Source: Planctomycetota bacterium (GTDB lineage: Bacteria > Planctomycetota > Phycisphaerae > WQYP01). Taken from it: a stretch of DNA of 64,000 bases. Below are positions 57,453 to 64,000 of this stretch, piece by piece; the stretch's first letter is position 1; every line of letters begins with the position of its first letter. Where the stretch lies: positions 1,905 to 65,904 of the forward strand of contig JAJYZF010000015.1 of the NCBI GenBank assembly GCA_021800165.1. The letters run 5' to 3'. The notes under the pieces were generated by a model. That model did no database searches. It worked only from the letters and a program-made list of their open reading frames with translations, and was not told the origin of the DNA. Both the position numbers and the translations under genes were made by a program.

Positions 57453-58496
57453 ATGGAACAATGGTACAAACGCACGATAACCGGCGAAGCGGCGGGTTTA
57501 ATTCCCGCAGTGGTGCGGGCGGTGTTGACGCTCGTGTCGTGGCCCTACGGCCTGGCCATACGTGTACGCAATTGGGCCTACGATGCCGGACGCATCCGGG
57601 TGGCACGCCTGGCGGTGCCTGTGATTTCCGTGGGCAATATGACCACAGGTGGCACCGGCAAAACGCCTACCGTGATCATGATTGTGCGAGATCTGGTGGC
57701 CTTGGGCCGTAAACCGGCGGTACTAACGCGCGGTTATGGGGCCGTCGGCGGAGCGGTCGCGGATGAGGTACAGGTAATTCAACGGGAATGTCCCGGGGTG
57801 CCGGTAGTGGTGAATGCCGATCGGGTGGCGGGTGGACAGGAAGCCATCCGGAAGTTCGGTGCGGATGTGCTGGTGTTGGATGACGGTTTTCAACACCGTC
57901 GGCTCGACAGGGATGTGAATATCGTGCTGGTGGACGCCACCAACCCGATGGGCGTTCCAGGGATTATTCCGCGTGGCAGTTGGCGGGAACCTCCGCGCGG
58001 AATGGCCCGTGCGACCCACATCATGTTGACACGCTGTGAGCAGGTGACACCGGAATTGGTGGAGTTGGCCGCTGGTCTGCTGGCCCAATGGGTGAAGCCG
58101 CGAAATATCTTTGAACAGCGTACGCGGGTGATCGGCGTGTTTGATGCGGCGGGCCGAGCGGTGGTGGCGGAGGGCAAGCATGTTTTGGTGTTTGCCGGGG
58201 TAGGTAACCCGGAAGGATTTTTAAATACGGTGCGCTCGACCGGACTGATCCCATCGAGCGGCTGCTGGTTTGACGATCACCACCATTATCATGCGGATGT
58301 GGATTTTCAGCGGATGCGGGAACTGACCGCCGCCCGTTCGCTGGATGCTTGGGTGACGACGGTTAAAGATTGGGTGAAAATAAAAGAATTAAAAACCCCG
58401 GTGCCGGTCTGGCATGTGCGAATTGAAAGCCGGATTGAGGGTGTGCAGTCTTCGCTGTGGCACGGGGTGCTGGCCGCGGCCCTTGCGGGACGATAA
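57453..58496 (+). CDS. lpxK: Tetraacyldisaccharide 4'-kinase
   Basis: P-loop ISVGNMTTGGTGKTP, then LTRGYG and LDDGFQH. Confidence 0.92.
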   Translation: MEQWYKRTITGEAAGLIPAVVRAVLTLVSWPYGLAIRVRNWAYDAGRIRVARLAVPVISVGNMTTGGTGKTPTVIMIVRDLVALGRKPAVLTRGYGAVGGAVADEVQVIQRECPGVPVVVNADRVAGGQEAIRKFGADVLVLDDGFQHRRLDRDVNIVLVDATNPMGVPGIIPRGSWREPPRGMARATHIMLTRCEQVTPELVELAAGLLAQWVKPRNIFEQRTRVIGVFDAAGRAVVAEGKHVLVFAGVGNPEGFLNTVRSTGLIPSSGCWFDDHHHYHADVDFQRMRELTAARSLDAWVTTVKDWVKIKELKTPVPVWHVRIESRIEGVQSSLWHGVLAAALAGR

Positions 58497-58540
58497 AATA
58501 CACGAGACACCGGCTTGGCTTCTTAAGATGTGAATGGTTT

Positions 58541-60022
58541 ATGCATCATTTAAGCTCTGAACTTGCGGCTATTGTGGAACGCTTTGGTGAGCCACGTATC
58601 GTCGTATTGGGCGACTTAATGCTGGATGAGTATATTTACGGCGATGCGGAGCGGCTCTCGCCGGAGGCACCGGTGCCGGTAGTGCAGGAGCGTCATCGGC
58701 AGCACCGCTGCGGAGGAGCCGGCAATGTGGCCGTGTTTCTGGCCGCCTTGGGGGCCAAAGTGGACTTGATTGGAGTGTGCGGGGATGATACCCAGGGACA
58801 TCTGCTGCGTGCCGATCTCCGAGATGCCGGTGTGAATGTGGCGCACGTGCTGGCCATTGCAGGCCGACCAAGCTGCACCAAAACCCGATTGGTCGGTTTG
58901 GCGCAGCATCGCCATCCGCAACAAATGCTGCGGTTGGACCGCGAAGATGTTTCGTGGATTGGCCCGGAGCATGAAAATACGGTGCGGGAAAATTTGCGGC
59001 AATGCCTGGTCGGTGCCGCCGCCCTGTGCATCGAAGATTATAACAAGGGCCTGCTGAGCCAGTCGCTGTGTCCGGCCGCCATCAATATGGCTCGAGATCT
59101 GGGGGTGCCGGTATTGGTGGATCCGGCGGCGGTGGCGGATTACAGCCGGTATCGGCGGGCGTCGGTCATTACTCCGAATCGGACGGAGGCGGAGCTGGCC
59201 ACGGGGCGGCGCATGGAGGCGGTACCGTTGGGCGCGGCCGAATTGGCACGCGATCTTTATGTTCGTCTTGGACTTGATGCCTGCGTTATTACCCTGGATA
59301 AACACGGCATGTACCTGCTTGATGGTCCGGAGGGCGGCACGTTGCACCCCACCAGGCCACGTACCGTTTACGATGTCACCGGTGCTGGAGACATGGTGCT
59401 GGCCATGCTGGCGATGGCGATGAGTGCCGGTGCCACGTGGAGCCAGGCTGTAGATTTGGGCAATGTGGCGGGGGGGTTGGAAGTAGAACGCTTTGGTTGT
59501 GTGCCATTGGGCCGCAGGGAGGTTATTGCGGCACTATTGCCGGGGGAAGCCGCCGCCGAAAAGGTGCGCGATCCGGCCGCCTTAAGTGCTGAGCTTGCTT
59601 CGCGGCGAGCCGCGGGCAAGCGCATTGTTTTTACCAACGGCGTCTTTGATATTCTCCATGCCGGCCATGTGCGTTACCTGCAATTTGCCCGCAGCCACGG
59701 TGATGTGCTGGTGGTGGGGGTGAATTCAGATGCATCGGTCCGACGGCTCAAAGGGCGTGACCGGCCGGTGAATTCGCTGGCGGACCGCATGGCCGTATTG
59801 GCGGCGCTGGCCTGCGTGGATTTTGTGGTGGATTTTGCCGACGATACCCCGTTGGAACTGGTGCGCGCCGTGGCTCCGGATGTGCTGGTCAAGGGGGAGG
59901 ATTACGCAGGCAAGGAGGTGGTTGGCCGGGAAGTGGTGGAGGCACGCGGCGGGTCCGTGGTGCTGGCACCGTTTTTAGCCGGTCATTCGACCACGTCCAT
60001 TCTGGAAAAACTGGCCCGATAG
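58541..60022 (+). CDS. hldE: Bifunctional heptose 7-phosphate kinase / heptose 1-phosphate adenylyltransferase
   Basis: IVVLGDLMLDEYIYGDAERLSPEAPVPV is the kinase part, VTGAGD is present, and FTNGVFDILHAGHVRYL is the nucleotidyltransferase part. Confidence 0.95.
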   Translation: MHHLSSELAAIVERFGEPRIVVLGDLMLDEYIYGDAERLSPEAPVPVVQERHRQHRCGGAGNVAVFLAALGAKVDLIGVCGDDTQGHLLRADLRDAGVNVAHVLAIAGRPSCTKTRLVGLAQHRHPQQMLRLDREDVSWIGPEHENTVRENLRQCLVGAAALCIEDYNKGLLSQSLCPAAINMARDLGVPVLVDPAAVADYSRYRRASVITPNRTEAELATGRRMEAVPLGAAELARDLYVRLGLDACVITLDKHGMYLLDGPEGGTLHPTRPRTVYDVTGAGDMVLAMLAMAMSAGATWSQAVDLGNVAGGLEVERFGCVPLGRREVIAALLPGEAAAEKVRDPAALSAELASRRAAGKRIVFTNGVFDILHAGHVRYLQFARSHGDVLVVGVNSDASVRRLKGRDRPVNSLADRMAVLAALACVDFVVDFADDTPLELVRAVAPDVLVKGEDYAGKEVVGREVVEARGGSVVLAPFLAGHSTTSILEKLAR

Positions 60023-60068
60023 CGGTGACGACCTGTGGGCGGTGCAGCGCGGGATTTTGCGGAAACTG

Positions 60069-61148
60069 ATGATGCGGGAACGTGCGGTATTTTTAGATCG
60101 TGATAACACCATTATCGCCAATGATGGCTATTTGGGTGATCCGGCCCAGGTGAAGCTGCTGCCGGGCGCGGGGGTTACGCTGGCGTCCCTGCGCCGGATC
60201 GGCTATCGGATTATTGTGGTCAGCAATCAAAGCGGAGTGGCCCGAGGCCTCTTTGGGGTGGGTGATGTTGAAGCGGTCAATGCGGAAATGGGAAAACAGT
60301 TGCGCCAACAGGCCGGTGCCCATATTGATGCCAATTATTTTTGTCCGTTTCATCCAGAGGCCGTGGTGCCTGCCTACCGCGGCGATCACGAGTGGCGCAA
60401 GCCGCGGCCGGGAATGTTAAAGCAAGCGGCCGCGGATTTTAACCTGGATTTGTCGCAATGCTGGCTCATCGGCGATCAGCCGCGGGATATCGCCGCGGGC
60501 AGGGCCGTGGGTTGCCGCACGATTCTCCTGCGTGATTTGTCCGTGCATACCGGTACAGCGCCGTCTGGGCCACCGGATGGGGCGGAAATTCAGCCGGATT
60601 TTGTGGTAAAGTCGCTGGCCGATGCAGCACGTATTATTGTCCGCGAAGGATCTCATGTGATCAGGGAATCGATTACCGTCCCCGCGGTGAAGACCGCCGT
60701 AGAATCCTCCGCCAGCGCTATCGCGGTGGCCGGCGAAGCGGCGATGTCCGAAGTGGTCGTGCCCGCCTCCAGCCCGCCGCCGGTGCAGGCGCTTCCGCGG
60801 GATGGGGCGTCCATGTCCGAATCCGGTGCCGGTACCACAGCCCCCACCGCCAGCCACCTGCTTCTGGAGGAAATCGCCAGGCATATCCGGCAGTTGCAAC
60901 GTCGCTCGCAAGGAGCCGATTTTTCGTTGTGGTCGCTGCTGGCGATGATTCTGCAGGTCATAGTTGTTTTGTTTCTAGCCATGGCTCTGTGGAATGGTCT
61001 GGCTGCGGGTACGTACCTGCAAACCACGGATAAAAGCTGGTGGTTTGACCGAACCAGCGCGGAGTTGGGGGCGTTGGAGTGGCTGCTGGCGGCTTTGGTA
61101 GTGCAGGTTGCCGTGCTCGGTATGTACCTCCTGCATCGGCATGAGTAA
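60069..61148 (+). CDS. gmhB: D,D-heptose 1,7-bisphosphate phosphatase (HAD-IIIA) with ~165-aa C-terminal membrane extension
   Basis: AVFLDRDNTII, VVSNQSGVARG, CPFHPE and RKPRPGM form the GmhB core. An A/S/P-rich linker and two hydrophobic helices (LLAMILQVIVVLFLAMALW, LLAALVVQVAVLGMYLL) follow. Confidence 0.85.
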   Translation: MMRERAVFLDRDNTIIANDGYLGDPAQVKLLPGAGVTLASLRRIGYRIIVVSNQSGVARGLFGVGDVEAVNAEMGKQLRQQAGAHIDANYFCPFHPEAVVPAYRGDHEWRKPRPGMLKQAAADFNLDLSQCWLIGDQPRDIAAGRAVGCRTILLRDLSVHTGTAPSGPPDGAEIQPDFVVKSLADAARIIVREGSHVIRESITVPAVKTAVESSASAIAVAGEAAMSEVVVPASSPPPVQALPRDGASMSESGAGTTAPTASHLLLEEIARHIRQLQRRSQGADFSLWSLLAMILQVIVVLFLAMALWNGLAAGTYLQTTDKSWWFDRTSAELGALEWLLAALVVQVAVLGMYLLHRHE

Positions 61149-61917
61149 AGAGATTGCACCGCTGTTTTCAAGGATCGCCATGCCCAGCCGACCTTTGATT
61201 GGAATTTCCATGGACACCGGCGACCCGCAGGCGGTACCGGTGATCTACGAGTTGGCCGACACGTACACAAAGCGAATTGTGGAGGCGGGTGGAACTCCCT
61301 TGCTGTTGCCGCACGTGGCGGAGGATGCGGTTCGACAGCAATTGATGGAGGTATTGGATGGCTTGCTCATTCCAGGCGGTGATGATGTGAACCCAGCATT
61401 GTACGGGCAACAGCCCCATGCCAAGACGCGGTTGATGGATCCGCGGCGGCAAGGGTTTGATTTGGCGATGCTGGCGCTGGCGGAGCGGCAGAACTTACCA
61501 ACCTTGGGAATTTGCCTGGGGTTTCAGTTGATGAATGTGCAGCGTCATGGGACTCTGGCGCAATACTTGCCGGAGGTTGGGGTGGCAACGCGCGTCAACC
61601 ATGCCGCCGATCCGGATCAGTTGTTGCGGTATGACGCCCGCCACGCGGTGCAGCCCGCCGTGGGCACCCGGCTTGCGGGGCTGTTTGGCACCGCGCCACT
61701 GCTGGTGAATTCGACCCATCGCCAGGGTGTTGACCAACTGGGCCATGGCCTGGTGCCATCAGCCTGCGCGGCAGACGGCCTGGTGGAGGCGATTGAGGAT
61801 CCCACCCTGGGTTTTTGGATGGGGGTGCAATGGCATCCGGAACGTATGCCCGGAGATCCACAGATCAAGTTATTTCAGGCGCTGGTAGGCGCTGCGGTTC
61901 AGCGCCGCAAACATTGA
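61141..61917 (+). CDS. Peptidase C26 / class I glutamine amidotransferase-like hydrolase
   Basis: LIPGGDDVNP, LGICLGFQLMNV (nucleophile Cys) and VQWHPE. ATG 61141 overlaps the gmhB stop (ATGAGTAA). Confidence 0.8.
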   Translation: MSKEIAPLFSRIAMPSRPLIGISMDTGDPQAVPVIYELADTYTKRIVEAGGTPLLLPHVAEDAVRQQLMEVLDGLLIPGGDDVNPALYGQQPHAKTRLMDPRRQGFDLAMLALAERQNLPTLGICLGFQLMNVQRHGTLAQYLPEVGVATRVNHAADPDQLLRYDARHAVQPAVGTRLAGLFGTAPLLVNSTHRQGVDQLGHGLVPSACAADGLVEAIEDPTLGFWMGVQWHPERMPGDPQIKLFQALVGAAVQRRKH

Positions 61918-61981
61918 TTCTTCGCAAAATAGGCGGCTATAATCCGGGCAGCGGTATGATGATACATAAGGAGCGTCGGCG

Positions 61982-62578
61982 ATGATTTGTAACTTTCAGT
62001 CCTGCTTTGAACGAGCGTTGCCCTATCAGCAGTTCCTCCAGCAACATGGAACGGCGGAACATCGGCAGCGCTGGCAGGCGCTTTACGAGAAGGTAACTCT
62101 TTTGCCGCAGCAAAAGGATCTGCTGGCCGGCTTTCGCCGAAAAATGCACGTGCTGTGTATGGCGGGAACATGGTGTGGCGACTGCGTTAATGCCTGTCCG
62201 ATTTTTCAACATTTTGCCACCGCTTGCCCCATGATCGATCTGCGGTTTATTCACCGGGCGCAGAAATTTGATCCGGCGGCGGGTGATGCGGATACACTTA
62301 TCGCCAACGAACTTTCGATATGCGGTGCGCCGCGTGTTCCAGTGTTACTGTTTTTATCAGAGGATTGGTTTGAATGTGAACGCTTCGGCGAGCGAACATT
62401 GGCCACCTATCGGCACAAAGCGGCCAGCCTGCATGGGGCCAGTTGCCCCACGGGTCTGGTAGCGCCGCCACAGGATTTGCTGGCTGCGAATGTCGCCGAA
62501 TGGCTGACCCATTTTGAACGTGTGGAGTTGATGTTGCTGACCAGCCCCCGACTGATGAAGCTGCACCGGGAGATATAG
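61982..62578 (+). CDS. Thioredoxin-fold protein (WCGDC motif)
   Basis: LCMAGTWCGDCVNACPIF is the redox motif, with GAPRVPVLLF (cis-Pro region). Confidence 0.7.
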   Translation: MICNFQSCFERALPYQQFLQQHGTAEHRQRWQALYEKVTLLPQQKDLLAGFRRKMHVLCMAGTWCGDCVNACPIFQHFATACPMIDLRFIHRAQKFDPAAGDADTLIANELSICGAPRVPVLLFLSEDWFECERFGERTLATYRHKAASLHGASCPTGLVAPPQDLLAANVAEWLTHFERVELMLLTSPRLMKLHREI

Positions 62579-62584
62579 CCTGTA

Positions 62585-62622
62585 AGGGGATAATTCCGGC
62601 AATGCTGGGACGGCCCCTTTTT
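62585..62622 (+). terminator. Candidate intrinsic terminator (AGGGG..CCG / CGG-CCCCT then TTTT)
   Basis: An interrupted 8-bp stem followed by a T5 run, 7 nt after the stop codon. Confidence 0.4.
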
Positions 62623-62759
62623 GTCGCAACGCTGGAAAAGCCGGATCTTTTAAGGCTTAAGGTTTAGCACGATAGATGTCGTCTGGCTCCGAGGCGGTTA
62701 TTGAGGTTTTGGGGTAAGATTCTCAAGATCGACAAGATCAACACGTTTTTTTACGAGGA

Positions 62760-62808
62760 CTAGGAGTTAGGAGCTAGGAGTTAGGAGTTAGGAGTTAGGA
62801 GTTAGGAG
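62760..62808 (+). repeat. Tandem heptamer (C/T)TAGGAG x7
   Basis: Read directly: CTAGGAG TTAGGAG CTAGGAG TTAGGAG x4. Confidence 0.95.
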
Positions 62809-62809
62809 G

Positions 62810-62855
62810 TCCCGATTGGCGGCTCCTGCCACATCGGGATTTCGGCATCCATGCC
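62810..62855 (+). repeat. REP-like unit 1: TCCCGAT-N16-ATCGGGA followed by TTTCGGCATCCATGCC
   Basis: Arms are at 62810..62816 and 62833..62839. An inner AGGAG/CTCCT stem is also possible. Confidence 0.8.
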
Positions 62856-62877
62856 TCAACGGGGGGCGGGGACGGGC

Positions 62878-62979
62878 AAGATGGCCAAGGTGGCCAAGGT
62901 TTTGGGGGTTGGCCGTCTTGGACAGGTTGAAAAATGGGCGGTTTTGTTGGGGTTTTTGGGTAAGATGGCCAAGATGGCC
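62878..62979 (+). repeat. Two pairs of tandem 9-mers AAGRTGGCC (62878..62900 and 62962..62979), flanked by GGTTTT(T)GGGGTAAGAT-like repeats
   Basis: Read directly. GGTTTTGGGGTAAGAT also occurs at 62705..62720. Confidence 0.85.
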
Positions 62980-63248
62980 AAACATTTTTAATTTTCCGGG
63001 TTAAAGGTCGGTTTTGTGCTTGTTGCAGGCGCAGCATGGGCATGGGTCAAATTCCTTATTTTGGTGTGGTGCACGCCTGTGGCTTCGGCGGGGTCACGCG
63101 GCGGGGTACGTATTTACTTGTCAGTGATCGCGGGCGGTTTGGGGGCCTGCGGTCAGGCGGAACGAGGCTCGGCTGCGCTGGGCAGATGAGCCTTCCATCG
63201 GGAGTTCCGCTTGATGGGTGATAGGCGGGGTATGGGGGTGGGTAATGG

Positions 63249-63333
63249 CGCGGGCGGCGGCCCGCGAGTCGGGAGTCGGGAGTCGGGAGTAACGGCGGCT
63301 GTGGCCGCGGGGGTTGATGGCGGCTGTGGCCGC
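63249..63333 (+). repeat. GC hairpin (CGCGGGC-GGCG-GCCCGCG), tandem heptamer AGTCGGG x3.4, and two copies of GGCGGCTGTGGCCGC
   Basis: The hairpin is at 63249..63266 and the heptamers are at 63267..63290. The 15-mers are at 63294..63308 and 63319..63333, and each is itself a GCGGC-TGTG-GCCGC hairpin. Confidence 0.9.
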
Positions 63334-63372
63334 AGGAGTTAGGATTTGGGAGCGTGACGACGATTTTTTACC

Positions 63373-63452
63373 ATCCCGACAGACATCGGGATAAACTTCG
63401 GAAACGAGGGAAACGAAGGGACGAGGTGATCCATCCCGATGGACTTCGGGAT
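63373..63452 (+). repeat. Twin hairpins CC-ATCCCGA-N6-TCGGGAT-AAAC, 60 nt apart
   Basis: The hairpins are at 63373..63392 and 63433..63452. The spacer between them contains GAAACGAGG-like repeats. Confidence 0.9.
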
Positions 63453-63512
63453 AAACGCCTTACGCGGATTTGCACAGATTAAATGAGGGGGGACGCTGCG
63501 CGAGACGGGAGA

Positions 63513-63626
63513 TCCCGATTGGCGACTCTCCCGAACGGCGTTGGGCCTACGGGACATCGGGATTTCGGCATCCATGCCTTCCCGATACGCTGGTCCTCCA
63601 GCATCGAGGATTTCGGCATCCATGCC
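63513..63626 (+). repeat. REP-like units 2 and 3 in tandem, with the same architecture as unit 1
   Basis: Unit 2 (63513..63578) is TCCCGAT-N36-ATCGGGA followed by TTTCGGCATCCATGCC. Unit 3 (63580..63626) is TCCCGAT-N16-ATCGAGGA followed by TTTCGGCATCCATGCC. Confidence 0.85.
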
Positions 63627-63690
63627 TCAACAGTAGGGTTCGAGGAAGGCGGAGTGCGCGGCCAGCGGCGGATCGGGGTAACGGAGACGC

Positions 63691-63707
63691 GGCGAGGCAG
63701 CCTCGCC
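63691..63707 (-). other. 7-bp hairpin GGCGAGG-CAG-CCTCGCC, 3 nt downstream of the transposase stop
   Basis: Read directly. It has no U-tract, so it could be a terminator or a further REP-type hairpin. Confidence 0.4.
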
Positions 63708-63709
63708 CG

Positions 63710-64000
63710 CTAAACGGGGGGTGGGGCGGGGTTCCACGGCGTGGTAAACGGCCAATGTTGCTGCGGCCGGCCGGCGCGAACGGGGTTGTCGTTCACGTAT
63801 TGGATAGACCGGGCGACATCGGCGGCGGTATTGAGAAAGACGTTCCACCCGCCCCGGGCCCACACGATTTCGGCGGGCCGCAGGTTTTCCGCACTGAGTT
63901 GCTTGGTGCCGCGGCTACGCAAATGGCGGATCACCTGTTCAATGGGTTTGGCGTGGCGCAGTATTACCAGATGCACGTGATCCGGCATGATCGCGCACGC
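63710..64000 (-). CDS. IS200-like / REP-associated tyrosine transposase (RAYT-like), N-terminus beyond window edge
   Basis: HuH motif in MPDHVHLVI. Catalytic-Tyr block SIQYVNDNPVRAG. The frame is still open at nt 64000. Confidence 0.8.
   Translation of the reverse strand, partial: ACAIMPDHVHLVILRHAKPIEQVIRHLRSRGTKQLSAENLRPAEIVWARGGWNVFLNTAADVARSIQYVNDNPVRAGRPQQHWPFTTPWNPAPPPV

Noticed and set aside
62760-62808. Telomere-like TTAGGAG repeats
   Set aside because: The resemblance to TTAGGG is superficial. The tract is internal to a chromosome-like context, is only 49 nt long, and sits between ordinary genes.
62788-63043. Minus-strand ORFs with GHLGHL or proline-rich repeats (62788..62985 and 62795..63043), and 63339..63623 with repeated GMDAEI
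   Set aside because: Their periodic peptides are simply translations of the DNA tandem repeats and REP-like units. There is no RBS, and the frame is not maintained between repeat copies.
62760-63631. Possible CRISPR array in the repeat-rich region
   Set aside because: The repeat units are 7-9 nt tandem repeats or hairpins at irregular spacing. There are no 25-40-nt direct repeats separated by unique spacers of constant length, and no cas genes are nearby.

Overview
This is a chromosomal window with about 42 protein genes and one tRNA. All family calls come from reading motifs by eye; no search or computation was run.

Likely source: a PVC-superphylum bacterium (Planctomycetota, Kiritimatiellota or Lentisphaerota type). 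This is inferred from two DUF1559-type pilin-like proteins, two PEP-CTERM proteins, three sulfatases and an anaerobic sulfatase maturase.

Layout:
- 1-21.6 kb holds housekeeping and transport genes: the 3' part of prfC, a Gfo/Idh/MocA oxidoreductase, a DUF4139-like secreted protein, an M20 peptidase, a fused ThuA-ThuB-like protein, a Pho84/PHT1-type phosphate MFS transporter, a 910-aa Zn-ribbon/2xDUF4159 membrane protein, polA, a Ser/Thr kinase, tRNA-Val(CAC), a GPH-type MFS transporter, DUF89, an esterase, and rpmA.
- 22.4-46 kb is a glycan-utilisation island with no SusC/D genes. It carries two GH29 fucosidases, two sulfatases, a 1161-aa lyase-like/PA14 protein, a beta-helix protein, a TAT-exported clan-GH-A-like protein, a beta-propeller GH, an SGNH esterase, an SSS transporter and a LacI regulator. 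Two PEP-CTERM and two DUF1559 genes are interleaved with these.
- 46-62.6 kb holds tig, a methyltransferase-GT2 fusion, a sulfatase ATGA-coupled to an anSME that carries a SEC-C tail, trpE, leuS, lpxK-hldE-gmhB, a C26 amidotransferase and a thioredoxin-like gene.
- 62.6-64 kb is a 1.1-kb non-coding mosaic of 7- and 9-nt tandem repeats and five TCCCGA(T)/(A)TCGGGA hairpins. It abuts a partial IS200-like/RAYT tyrosine-transposase gene.

Most interesting observations:
- A conserved upstream module ((G/A)GAAT-N6-ATTCC, then an AATTCCCA box, then a near-consensus sigma70 promoter) sits in front of exactly three PEP-CTERM/DUF1559 transcription units.
- The pilin-like DUF1559 genes are wired into enzyme cassettes of a probable sulfated-fucan island.
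- The REP-like hairpin field lies next to the RAYT gene.
- The anSME has a SEC-C tail and an ATGA overlap with its sulfatase.
- The Ser/Thr kinase has an MshEN-like N-terminus.
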